NCBI GenBank assembly: GCA_905178155.1
Contig: CAJINV010000001.1
Coordinates: 3,673,706 to 3,737,705 of the forward strand
DNA length: 64,000 bases
From: Amoebophrya sp. A120
Taxonomy: Eukaryota; Protista; Dinoflagellata
Direction of reading: 5' to 3'
The position numbers and the translations under genes are program-made. Of this stretch, positions 13,707 through 25,883 are shown piece after piece. Under the pieces are notes generated by a model that saw only the letters and a list, made by a program, of their open reading frames with translations, did not search any database and was not told the origin of the DNA. Positions within the stretch are counted from its first letter, which is position 1. Every line of letters starts with the position of its first letter.

Positions 13707-15947
13707 ATGGGTGCCATACGTGGTCCTCGGGGCATTCTACGGCCCCAAACAGCGATTGGCACAGTAAACAAACGTCGCAAACAGCCTCCCAACAAGGCTA
13801 GTGTGGAACAACTCAGGGGGCCGGACGAGTTCGATTTGCTGCACATTCGCGGACGGAATGTGAATTCCACGGTGCAGAAGAAACCTGAAGAGGAAAAGGT
13901 ACGACTTCATCTGGAGTGCCTTGAAATAACTGGAGTAGTTGACTCCACCATGGTTTCTTTTACAAAGTTTGAATTCCCCTCATTGAATCGCAAAGATCAC
14001 TCATCTATCAAACCGTCATGATTGATTTAGGTCGCAAAACAAGCCCGCCCGATCGAGGACCGTCCTTTCGGCGCCATCGAAAACGATTCGTATTGGTGGA
14101 CGCGAATTCGACCGCAGTCAGCGCACGAGAAAGCGAATCACAGACAGGAAATCATCGATTTCGTACCCAACGGCTGTGGTGGTTTCAGACCAATCCGGGG
14201 AAGCTCCTTACCCCCGCAAAGACCGCAGTCAGCTTATGCCGGCTCTGTCGCCCGTGCAGCTCGGGTGAATATTGTGGACGAAATTAACGACGACGCGATG
14301 AGTTGTTCCGCTTCATCCTCCTCGAGTAGCTCGGGTGCGCCGCTTCGGCTACCGCTACCAGGAGCGCATGAAAAACCAGGAACAAGGAGCACCCTCGGCG
14401 GGGAGCCCGCGCCAACAGCAGAAGACCGTTCATCTTTTCGTCCGGTCTACTACCCCGAGGACGGTGCTACGGAAATTCCAATCACAGGACAACCAGAAGC
14501 TCCTGACTCTCCGGAGCCACCAGGAGCAATTACCGGTCCGCCCGCGAAGAAGCTGCGGCCTACGTCCGCCCCAGCGACGCGGAGCATCGCGTGGCACAAA
14601 AACCACCTCCTCGACCAGAAAGAGATCGAGTCAAACGTCCCGACGTCACAGCGCTCGCCCATGTCCAGCACCTGGACCGCGAAGGATAACGAACGGCAGA
14701 AAAGAGTGAAATTTATCAGCGTGTCCCCAACGAGCGCCACCTCCTTACCCCCGGGGATGGTGAAAGGAGACCCAAACGAGCACGAGGTGAACGCGGAACT
14801 GTACCCATATTACGTCGACCACCCGAAAGTCCCAAACATCAGGCAGAGAACCTCGGGAAACTACGAAACGGACTATTTGAAGCAGCCGAACTCGACGTTT
14901 GCACGACCGGTGCGCGTAGCGATACAGGGGCGGCACAAGGACCTCGCGGGGATTCAGGACCGCAGGGAAGTTCGCGCGCGCCGGGAGCAGGCGCGCTTGG
15001 CGGAACTGCATAAGAAGATCGAGCAGGAGCGGCTCGATCTGTTCAAGGGACCGCCGCCGATTCCGGAAGGCTGGGGAAACCGGCCGGGGCTGCAGCCGAC
15101 GGATGTCGAGAGCGACACGGAAAGCTACATTTCAACAGGTGAAGTTCTGATTTGAGTGTGGTCCTGCTGAAATTGAATTGATTTCATGACGAGGATTGGA
15201 TCGATCGTAGCTGCATGCATGGTGAGCTGCACTGCTCTCTACTTGCTGGTTATCTCGCATGAGAGATAGAAATCGAATTCGAAATCGAACTACCAGGTAA
15301 CATCACCTACACGGAAGACTGCCCACCGCTCTACGACAAGTACCGGTTTTACAGCAATCACATTATGCGCGACCTGGCCTGTGGCCGACCCTCGCAGGAC
15401 GGGGTGAGAACTCTGGATAAAAAGTTCGACCTGGATTACTACCAGAGCAAAGCCGGCGAGAAGGACATTTCTCCGGGGGCGGCAGCGCGGGACGGAACCG
15501 TCGGCCACGAAACGGACTACAGGCGGAACATGCGATTCTTTTGGGATACCAGGTACACAGAACGCGTTCGTGTACATGTTCGAACGTCCCCATGTTGACC
15601 AAATTCAAATTACAAATAGCTTGTGTCTCGCACTTGCTCGTCTGACATCCGTCAAAGCTCACTTGATAAGGGAGGTTATTTCATGAATAAAATCAACAAA
15701 CGAAAAATCTTTCCACAGGTCGGACTACACAGATATGGACATTTCGAAGCGCAAGAAGAAAATCGACATCCAGAAGCGCGAAAAGTTTGACCACAGCGTG
15801 CTCAAAGCGAACTACCCACGGTGCTACAGCCAGATGGAGCAGGACCCGCTGCCCTCGGTCGCGCCGAAGGTTTTTCCGAAGCGCCACGTACCTTTCACAG
15901 CACTGTTCAAGAATCGGGTCCACATCCGCCGCCCTCCGTATGGTTAG
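13707..15947 (+). CDS. Hypothetical protein with canonical introns
   Basis: In-frame exons 13707-13898, 14031-15138, 15297-15552 and 15719-15947 joined by GT-AG introns. The 3' end could instead splice to an exon at ~16217. No family recognised. Confidence 0.6.
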
Positions 15948-16222
15948 GGGTGGCGAAGGTGAGGTTGGACATCTCAATGAATGTACAACTCAGCAGGCCG
16001 CTATAGGGACCACAAACGTAATGAAGCCCTTTCTTACACAAATACAATGTATCAACCCTATCTAAAAAACTATATCCCAATGAACCCTCTGTGTATCGTC
16101 CACGTAATCCCAATGTTCGTAGGTAGGACGAACCTGTAAGATCAAATGAACTAGAACTTCTCAAATTTATTTTCTGGTAATTGTAATGTGAACCCTGCTT
16201 CTGTTGCTGCGTGTAGGTGTAG

Positions 16223-16267
16223 AAGAACTCAACTGCCAGTACACCGTGTACTGGCAGTTGAGTTCTT
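16223..16267. repeat. Perfect 45-bp palindrome (22-bp arms, 1-nt centre)
   Basis: AAGAACTCAACTGCCAGTACAC-C-GTGTACTGGCAGTTGAGTTCTT; the ORF track reads ELNCQYTVYWQLSS on both strands. Confidence 0.95.
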
Positions 16268-16843
16268 TCTTCTGCTGCAGCGAGCTCGAGCTCATTCTTC
16301 TAAATTTCCAACCTCTTCTTGGCGCTTGCAAGAGGATGCAGCGGACTTTGAAGCTCAGGAAAGCAACAAGTCGACAATCTGCAACAGTCCAAGCGACGTC
16401 GATCATCTGCGCTCAAGCTGATTGGTTCAGCCACTTACCTTTCCTAAGTTTTCTCTGATTTTATTTGGCCACGATTGGAGAGTGACGCACGCGGGGCCGG
16501 GGGGAAGAGAGGTTGTAGCATTTTCATCGCGAGTGCATCTATCATGTCTGTGTCCAATGAGCGGCTCGAGCAACTGGATCTAGGTGCGAGAACCAGCGCG
16601 AGTGAAGGAGGTGCTCTAGGTTTTTTGGCCGGGATAGGGGCTCCTGCAGAGAGTAATCGACCCAGTCACGACCTTACGAACACTGCAAATAAAATTTATA
16701 TATGTTCCTTTTTCTTGTAGTTGTTTGATTACAGCAAAGAATCAATATCACAAAAATCTGGAATGACCACGGCCGGCGACTACATCAACGCTCAACAGCA
16801 GTAGAAGAAGAAGCCACCCGACAATTATTTCGCCGCCCGTTAA

Positions 16844-18861
16844 ATGTTCGTCGTCACCAATGTGACCCGGTCGGCCGCGCCAAGTGGGCGCTGTGCCATC
16901 CAACACACGGCAGGATCAACAACGCTGGCTCCCGTATCGTCGGCGATTTCCGGCCCCACTGTCCGAAGTTGTAGCAGCACCAGTGCGTTCCGGGCCCCAG
17001 GACGAGCGCCCGTACGACCAGTGGACCCTTGGCAGGCATTCCGAGCTGCACCTCTTGGTTACCACCAGCGGCAGAGTCGTATAGCCGTGCAAGCAGGGAA
17101 CGTATCCGCGTGTTCATCGCGGTTTATCTCGTCGTGGAGGACAACATCACCATTCAGATATGACCTGCAACGACCGTGGGTGGAGCAGCAGAGAGCGAAA
17201 CCGCTGCAGTCACATGGCAGCCTGAGTAGCGCTTGCTCATATCGCCACCCAGCAGGGCTGCTTACGCTTTTCTCGCATCATGGAAAAATAAAACAGCACC
17301 AGCAGCAACGTCGACAGTCCTCCGCGATTACCGTTGTCCCGCGTCCGACGTTTTACCAGAAGCGCGTGTATGCTGTGCAATGCGCGGTGCCCATGGTCGG
17401 CTTTGGCGTCATGGACAATTTGATCATGATCCAGGCCGGCGATCTGATCGACTGCACGCTGGGGGCCACCTTCGGACTTGCCACCATCACGGCCGCCGCG
17501 CTCGGACAGATCTGCTCGGACACCTCCGGGATCTGCTTTGGCGGCTTCGTCGACGCTGCATTCAATCGCTTGGGGCTGCCCGTTTCCGACCTCACGCCCG
17601 ACCAGCTGGCGCTCGACAGTGTGCGCATCGTGCGGACGATGGCGATGGCGGTTGGCGTCTTGTCGGTACTTTATTTTCATTTTCGATGGTCAAGGGCGAC
17701 GTCAAAGGGTTGTCGTTGTTCATCTTCAATCGCCTTCGGTTTGCTAAAAGCGAGAATGCATGCAAACAAATATATCGATATCCATCGATATCCAAATTGA
17801 AACTGCTCTATCAGGGCTGTCTCCTCGGTATGACTAGCCTGCTTTTCATGGATTTGGACAAGAAGGAGCGACTGAAACGGCAAGCAAAGCTCGCCACTAT
17901 CTTCTCCACCTTGGCGGAAGAAGGCTCTGATTTGTGCAACGTGGAAAGGTGCTCCCTCTACATCGTAGAGGAGGATCAGCGGTTCGTGTGGAGCGCGGCG
18001 AGGAAAGTATTTTTGTTTCATCGAAGATGCAGATAGGACTCAAATTGAACCAAAAAACTTTGAGTAGAAGTTGACACACAGTTTCTGTGAGGTTGACCAC
18101 GTCTTTTCAATCTCAACATACCAGGTCCGCCACACCGTCCACGCAAAGGAGATCAAGAAGCAGTGCGTTGCAGATCTCACCAAAGCAGCCATTGAAGACC
18201 ACGTGTCGGTTCGCGTGTTGGCGGATTGCCTCCGGAAGTTGAACTGGTCCGAAAGTGACATCGCCGAGGCGCTCCCGCCCGAGCGACAGTCCTTGACCAT
18301 CGAAGAGTGCGTCACGCTGATGGACGACCTGTCGCACCACGACGAAGAGCGCATAGTGCTGCGCGAGGGAGGAACCAAGCATTGGGTCGTACACAACAAG
18401 GACGTGCTCAACGTCAAAGACATGTACTACTTACTACTTTCTTTTACCTTGTTGTTTACTTCGATTCATTGGATTTTCAATGATCAAAATCGCTTGCAAT
18501 GAAAAGGAGCACGAATAATGTAAAATCGGAGGTCATGTCTGTGCATGACCAAACCGCCAACTCTGTACACCAAAACAGTGCCAGCGACAAGCGTTTCACG
18601 CACTCTGAAGTGCGCAAGGCCGCTAAGGCCGCGGGCGTGGACAGTAAGTGGACGCTGCTTGTCGGTCCGGTTTTCGAGGCGAATGACGGAGACGAGGACA
18701 CGCCCGAGCAGGAACGCAAAGTCATCGGACTCGTAGAGATGGTCAACCGTCGCGACGAGCAGGGCAAGGTGATTGCCTTTTCCGAGGACGACGAAAAGCT
18801 GGTGCGCATGCTCTGCGGTCACTGTTCCACGTTCATTTCCCACGCGCTCGATGATGACTAG
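16844..18861 (+). CDS. TMEM65-like membrane protein fused to a GAF domain (~531 aa)
   Basis: Exons 16844-17665, 17815-18006, 18125-18423, 18579-18861 (GT-AG, in frame). TMEM65-type motifs VPMVGFGVMDNLIMIQAGDLID, AAALGQICSD, GCLLGM. GAF-type motifs ERCSLYIV, LNVKDIASDKRF, TLLVGPV, VIGLVEMVNR, AFSEDDEKLV. R/S-rich, acid-poor N-terminus resembling a mitochondrial presequence. Confidence 0.8.
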
Positions 18862-21372
18862 GGAAAGGAGCAGATGAGTGCGTTACCTCTAAAAATACAT
18901 CATTGCTACTAAAAGTAGTCTACCGGAAACAAAATTAAACCGCGCTCGTCCTCGTCGCACAGGGAACCTGGGCAATTGGGAAAACAACTTTGGATGCTGC
19001 TCCAATAGCGTCTTCGGTCAACCGCACCATTGGGGGGCTCACGGCATCTGCCAGATGGCTCGGCTTTTCAACATTTCTGCGGGTCTTTTTCTATCTTCTG
19101 AGGCAAATAATTTACGGTAATTTTTTATCCTCCGGGCGCTGCTCCTTCAGTGGAAAGCGTTCAGAAACTGCAGTATATTGTAGGTCATGAGCTTGTTATT
19201 CAGCTTGAGTGAGAAGTAAAGTTTTACCTCACGGGGGTCGTGGTCGCCAGATATAACTTTTTTGTTATAGTGAAAAGATGGAACATCAGTGCTGCATTCA
19301 ATTCTAGTTGTGCAACCAAATTTTATGAAAAAAGTTTTTATAATTTCGGGTGCGTGCGCGCTACGCTCGTCTTCATTTTCCACTTCACGGTAAGAAAATC
19401 GATCGTGCAAATACGACTGGCGCTCGGCCTACTAAGGATTGGGGGGTTCAAGGACTCTCTCAGCGTGCGTACTACAGGGCAGCGGCTTCTTGTACGGGAA
19501 TTGTTGCCCTTTGCCGAGAAAACTCGCTGCGCTTTACCGCTTGTTGCCGAAATTTTTCGAGCGTATCGCTATCGAATAGGGTAGCTTGCGTCGAGCCAGA
19601 AACTACCGTGCTAAGTAAAATTCCACTTTGTAACTTTTACTGCAAAAGTATAAAAGTCGAGCCCTAGTGCAAGGAGACCATGCTTGCAAAAGCAACTTTC
19701 ACAACTGTTGCGCCTGTCGGATGCGTTTAGAATTTGGCCGCGGGCTCGTTTGCGCTTCCACTTTTACTTGCTTTTTCACCATCTCAGCAATATTGTTGCC
19801 GTGGTTCAAACAATTGACACACTGTGTACAACATCACCCTGTGCAGGCGGTCCTACACATCATATGAAAAATAAAGAAATAGCAACGGAAAGAAACTAAA
19901 GTATTCGCCAACTGAGCCGGGTCCTTAGCAACACTGTGCTGCTGCGATTCCGGTTCGCTAAATGAGGACCGGATGGCATGAAAAGGACCCGTCTTAGTCA
20001 CCATGTCTTTTCAGTGCGAAGTCTAACCGCCCACAACTTGCCTCTGTGCTACAACTTTGTCTATCAGTTTCTCATGCTTTTGCTCTTGCTAAAAAAATAA
20101 ATAAAAAAATAGCAAAAAGTTTCTATGGGAGTGCAGCTGTAGTTTCTGCAGCTGCCAATTGTTGCTTTCTCTCCTTTCACCATCTTGACTCTACCGTTTT
20201 TGAAATGAATTTAGCGCCACTTTATACGACCTTCTTGAAACTCGGGATAGGATAGCGATGCCATTCCCATTGCTGTCCTCTATTGCCGCCCATTTTTGAT
20301 ATGTACCATGAACTTTGAAATTTAAAAAAGCATAGGCTAAGCTATTGCCGACCTCTATTTTTTTGTCATCTGTGTATCTCAACATGAACGACATAAAACA
20401 TGATGATCTCTAATGAACTGGTGCTGATGTGTTGGCGAGGTGGAGTGCTACAGAAAAGGATTGCGCGCAGAGGTACTACTTAAGTCTCAACATGGCATGA
20501 TAAAAAGTATTGCGCCCCAGATAAAATCAAAATGTACAACCTGAACAAGAATTCAATTTTTTCTCTACATCTACAGTATCGGAAGACTTCACACAGGCCG
20601 CAGATGTTGTATACTGCTAGGCGATGCGTTGAACTAGAAAATAGAGAACAATGTACATGGTGACAATTTGCTGCAAAGGAAAATAACTACCTTGCCACTT
20701 TTGTTAATACTGTTTCAGCAGCGCAGACGCCTATAACTTCGATGGAATGTATACACTCAGAGCAGCTGGACAGGATGCGAGGAAACAGCTATTTTACACT
20801 ACTGCTTGTACAACAGTATTAGACCACGAATCAAACGGAAACGAGTCCCCGGCTCGAATTGTTTATGAAGATGATCGATTGAGAGACTAACTCAGACTTG
20901 TTAAGCTTTTGCATTGGTCTATTGCGACACGGAATCAGGAAAACCATCTTGAGACTACAGGCACCTCCGGAGGTTGGCTACAGCAACTACGTTGCTGTCG
21001 AGTCATTGCGATGATCGACGATGAAAAAGCTTCGCTCAGCCGGAAGTCAAGTCGCAGGATATTTTGACAAGAAGTGCAACTGCAAGCACCCGCAGTGGGA
21101 GAACAAAAAAACTAGCGAGACCACGAATGCACCTTTGAACCTCCCCCGATTTCGGCGGATAAAGAACTTACTACTTGCACAGATGAGAAAAAAGCGGTGC
21201 GCCATTTTGGCTGTTGCAAAAGCAACGCAAAGTGTGTATCTTTGCCTTTATTTCGTTTCGTCATTGTGTTCCCCTTCCCGCTCATCGGGTGCGGGTGGTC
21301 GCCGGGGCAGCTAAAAAGCGTGTCTTGTGAGTACGCATGACGTAAAGTACATTGCTGCTTGCCAATGAAGCC

Positions 21373-23394
21373 TCAGGCGTTTCCTTCAAGCACCGGACAC
21401 GGACCGCCTGGGCCCCGCCCACTGATGGCGGGCCGCCCGGGGCGGGACTTCGTGCGCTCTCTTTTGCGCTGCAGGTGACCCGGCGCGGGCGGGTTCGCTA
21501 GCGTTTGCAGTATCGGACGAAATTCGGCCGGCCCTCGTTTCATGTGTGCCGATGCCACAAATCGGCGCCAAGCTGCTAGCAGGCCGCCAGCTTCCGCCGG
21601 GCCGTGGCTTGCCGAGGTGATGCGGAGAATGGCGGACCAGAGACGCGACGCCCGCGGCGTCTTCGGGGGCCCCCCCGTGCTGACAAGGGGCCGGCCGCCG
21701 CTTCCGCCCGCCCGCCGAAGGCAAGGGAACCCCCGGGGCGCAAAACCCGCAAAACCCCGGGCCGGGCCTTCCCCCCCCGTTCTGTGGCGGGGCGGACTGA
21801 GGTGAGCCGCCACCGGCACTGTGCGCACGAGGCAAAGTCATGGCGGCCCGGATGATGTGTGTGGACGCCCCCCGCGCGCTAGGCCAAGGCACCGCGGGCC
21901 GCTTGCCTGTTTTGTTGCCGGGCAGGCTGGCGCGCGTAGGTTTTCTATGCACCGCCCCCGACGCCAGGCCCGGTGGGGCAAGAGCAAAACGGCAGCGCGC
22001 GCAGAGACGGGACGAGCTTGGGCGCCGGCCCTGCGCCTGCCAGCGGGCTGGGCGGTGGGGTTGCGAAATGAAAACGCGACCGAATGCGTCTTCCGCCGTG
22101 TTCCAGCCGGGCGAGGCCCAGGGCCGGCCAGGCAGGGGCGCCGGTGCCTTGGGGGGGCGCCGTTTGATCCGGCGCGCCCGCGCGCCCGAATTCATGGCCC
22201 CCCTCCCGCTTTTGTGCCACAAGCGCAAAGAAATCACAACCGCGGGCACGGGGAGCGAGCCAGGTTGGCCCGGCGGCCGCCGCTGGCGCCGAACAAAACG
22301 CGGGGCAGCCCGCGCATTGAAGACCAGCGGGGCGCGCAGCACAGGGCCAAACGAGAAAAGGCGCATCGCAAGCTGCGGCGCGGGCGCACCAAACGCCGCA
22401 GCTCTTGACGGAATGGAAGCCGGGGCAACGACAGGCAACGAAGATGCTCGCCGTGATGTGGAATATTTCAGATGACCCGAAACCCGAGACCGGCCGGGGG
22501 ACGCGATGGCAGAGCTCACGCGTGCGGGTGGAAGTGTCGCGCGTTGATGCACATGCAGCGCTGCGCCTATCGCGGACGCACAGGAGGGGCGCATGTTTGG
22601 CAGGTTCCGGCGGTGGGGCCCCCCGCATTCTCAGAAAGGGCGCCCGCCGTGCCCCGCCCGATCGGGGCGGGCGCAGTCGCCGCGGGGAACTACTCGGAGG
22701 AAGCGCAACGCAGTCGGGCGCAGGTGTGGCGTGATGCCGTCATGGATCGATGCGACTCGTCGGCCGACTTGGGCAACAGTTGACGTAGCTCGCCGCCCAT
22801 TCACTGGCGCCGTTGTATCGCAAAGCGGACATAATCAGCGGCCCGACAATCGCGCCGGGCCCTGCATGCCCCCCCGAGGGAGCCCGCCCGGCTGTCGAGG
22901 CTGGCGCCCTTGCCAATGGATGGCTTGGCCAGGCAAGAACCTGCCGCCCGGCCAGCGCCGTCTCGTGTGGCTGCATAGCCGGGCCACCTTGCCGGGCACT
23001 TTGTGAAGGCGTGGTGGAAGGCCCCGGGCCCCCTCGTGTGCCGCCATACCTGCCGGCGCGCCGCCTGTGCTGTCGGCCTTCCCTTGTTGGCAGGGGCCGA
23101 CCGCCCGCTGCATTGGTACAGCGCCGCCTTTGCCGGACACGCCGCCCGGCCCGAGCGACCTCTGCTCTGGATCTCGGTTCAGCTGTTGTGCATACAATTT
23201 CCGAACCCTGCCGGAAGGTGCCCGCGTGGCAATTTATGTTTGAAGCCCCAGTAGGAGCACAACATCCCTGCGGCCTCCGCAACCTGAGTCTTTGTGTTCG
23301 GCTGCGTGCATCATCGAGGCACCGGCTCCGGCTCGCAGTCACTGGCCTGCCCATCGCACTTTATCTGATCGCTCCTTATCGCGCGAGAGGTTGA
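21373..23394. other. GC-rich island without a convincing coding frame
   Basis: Abrupt rise in GC against AT-richer flanks; overlapping R/P/G/A-rich ORFs in many frames, as expected for spurious ORFs in GC-rich DNA. Confidence 0.5.
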
Positions 23395-23665
23395 GATCCA
23401 GAAGAGGTTGAGATGTGGAGGGTCGAAAAGTTTCTATCTCTGCCGGGGTTTATCGATGATTGTGAGTGCGACTTCCTTGTTTGGAGGGCTGTGTCTGTAG
23501 TGAGCGCGCAGGATCACAAGTAAGAATTCAGCTGCTCCTCCGTGCCAGCACCTAGAGGTGATAGAAGGCACTACTTAGTACTCACACATCGATCCTTCGC
23601 TTCATTCTGCAAGATAGGAGAAATTGATGTAAAGAGTCCTCGAGGAGATACCAAAGAGGCGTACA

Positions 23666-25246
23666 ATGTCCGGGTCGGGTGCACGTATTTCGTCCAGCGT
23701 GTGTGATCTGATGCGTGAGGCGTTTGCCTTCGTGGTCGATGGGCAGGCACCTGAGCCCGGCCGTGAAGCGAAGACTTCCACGACGATCGTTGCAAGCGAA
23801 GTCGCGTCAAAGGTCACGGACGCCTGCGCCTATCTCCAGCGGTCACTCGGTGAACTGGCTTCTGCGATCAGTGGGGGAGACGCCAGCAATGCGAAACCAA
23901 CGGCACTGCCCGTCTGCTCCGCTTCCGTTGTCGAGCGTTTTCTTTTCGACCTAAACACGTTTCTGCAAAGCGAGCGAGGCCGGGAGCGCCTATTTCGCGC
24001 CGGCCAATACGCTGGACGACTTTTACACGGCCTCACCATGTGGAACTTCTTCCTCCAGCTCTCGAAGGTCATGGCTTTAACACGAAAAGGCATGCGGTTT
24101 GGCGGGCCGCTGCGACTTGCCCTTGATCTGTTCGCGACGTTGGACAAAATTAGATTCGCGACTGCATCTCCGAGCACGGACGGCGCAACGACAGTTCAGC
24201 ATTCAAAACAACAAAACCTTCTGACATTCTTCGCCATCTCCCAGGACATCCTCTACCATAGTATCGACCACATCGCTTTCCTGGAGCGAATTCAGCTTTT
24301 GAGGATCAGCGCCGAGCGGTCGGACTTGCTCGACCGATTCATCGAGTGCTTCTGGTTGACGGAAATTATTCCGCTTTTTACCCGCGACGCACTGGAAGCG
24401 GTTCGGCTTTGGAAAACGCAAAAGATCAACGTCTTCAAGCACTTACTGGAATACGGACGAGATTTTTGGGTCAGTAGAATTTTACAGGACCAGTCGAGAA
24501 CTGCTTTGAAAGTACAAAAACAAGACCCACCAAACACCGACCACCTCCTCCTAGCGACGAACTTGATAAAACTCGGGCTTTGCGATTTCCCGTGCGTTAT
24601 CTTTGTGCTCCGGTCTTCCGCTTTTCGCCAGAAGCGGAAGCACAAGATCTGGTGTGGGGCTTTAGGTGTCGTTGCGTCCTTGATCTCGTGTTATTGGCAG
24701 TGGCGCAAGGTGAACGCCAAAGATCCCTTGAAGGACTACGAGTTCTTCGGAAGTGATTGTGATACGAATGCAGCAGCGAAGACAACGACAGCAGTTGTGG
24801 ACGAGAATTCCAATTCTAGAAGGACAAGTCCGAAGAAGATCACGGCTGGCGTCAAGCCGGTGACTGGAACCTTGAACGATAGCGGGTCAGTGGCAAATTT
24901 ATCGGTAGGTCGTGTCGGAGGTGCGACATCATCTTCCACTGCTCTCACCCCCTCACCCGTCAAGACGCGCGTGAGTGTGAGGTCGAACGAGCAGCCCGAA
25001 GTTGCTATCCTAGCGGAGGAGCAGGATGCCAGCCCGCAGAAAATAACAGTTCCCGGCAACCAAGGGACTCCTGCTGAAGTAGACGTTGCCGCCGCGACAC
25101 CCAGCAGAGAGACGGGTGGTTCGACCGGATCTCGTAGGGGAGCGCCCAGCTGGAAAGCGTACTCGGCAAAAAAGAAAAGAGGTGGAAACAGAGGCTCTGG
25201 CCAAAATGAGGAACAGAACGTGAATGGAACCGGCGGCCAAACATGA
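23666..25246 (+). CDS. PEX11: Peroxisomal biogenesis factor 11 family protein
   Basis: FLQSERGRERLFRAGQYAGRLL and MALTRKGMRFG match PEX11 N-terminal helices; GALGVVASLISCYWQW matches the C-terminal membrane segment; low-complexity tail; single ORF. Confidence 0.75.
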   Translation: MSGSGARISSSVCDLMREAFAFVVDGQAPEPGREAKTSTTIVASEVASKVTDACAYLQRSLGELASAISGGDASNAKPTALPVCSASVVERFLFDLNTFLQSERGRERLFRAGQYAGRLLHGLTMWNFFLQLSKVMALTRKGMRFGGPLRLALDLFATLDKIRFATASPSTDGATTVQHSKQQNLLTFFAISQDILYHSIDHIAFLERIQLLRISAERSDLLDRFIECFWLTEIIPLFTRDALEAVRLWKTQKINVFKHLLEYGRDFWVSRILQDQSRTALKVQKQDPPNTDHLLLATNLIKLGLCDFPCVIFVLRSSAFRQKRKHKIWCGALGVVASLISCYWQWRKVNAKDPLKDYEFFGSDCDTNAAAKTTTAVVDENSNSRRTSPKKITAGVKPVTGTLNDSGSVANLSVGRVGGATSSSTALTPSPVKTRVSVRSNEQPEVAILAEEQDASPQKITVPGNQGTPAEVDVAAATPSRETGGSTGSRRGAPSWKAYSAKKKRGGNRGSGQNEEQNVNGTGGQT

Positions 25247-25883
25247 AACGGACTAGTTGTAGTTCTTGCCGTGAACCAATTGTGAAACGCACGCTCTACT
25301 TGTACAATCCGTACGTTCTTCCGTTTTTACTTGTTTCGCTTTCGACACAGATTCTCAGCCGCGGTGCTACTTGGATCGCCGTACGAAGCATTCATCTTCG
25401 ATTTTGAAACTGTTCTCACCTTTTCACTTTTGTTTTGATCTTGAAGGTCGTGCGACTGCTGGAAGTGGCGGCTTTTCTCTCTGACTCGGAAGGACAGCCT
25501 GCGAACTCTGAGGGAGTATCGCAATCGGCAAGACGTGGAAGGAGAGGCTGCAAATTGGCGTGTAATTGGTGAGGTTATTCCCATGAGAGAGCCTCGTCAG
25601 AAAGTTTTCTGTGTGTGCTACCAACCCGTCAGGATTTCCTTTCCGGTGGGTGTCGTCGACAGCGCGGCGGCTCTACGAGTGGTCTTTTTTTCGCTACAAC
25701 TCTTTAAATTTATCTTTTTGGCTACGGGAGTAAGGTATCGATTCTTGTTTGATGTTTTGTAAACCCGTACGCTTCTGGTCAGGTGCGCTGAAGATGAAAA
25801 TCAAAATGATGAATTTGGAATTCTCCGCTAATTTGAAGAGCCCTCCTGCTTTAACTCGTTGAAAACCGACGAGCAGCGGGCCG

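Noticed and set aside
18900-21370. Search for an autonomous transposase in intergenic gaps (also 45800-49100 and 62200-64000)
   Set aside because: Only short ORFs with no recognisable DDE, tyrosine-recombinase or RT motifs.
21386-23394. ORFs of 200-400 aa in the GC island
   Set aside because: Overlapping R/P/G/A-rich frames on both strands with no motifs; expected by chance at this GC content.
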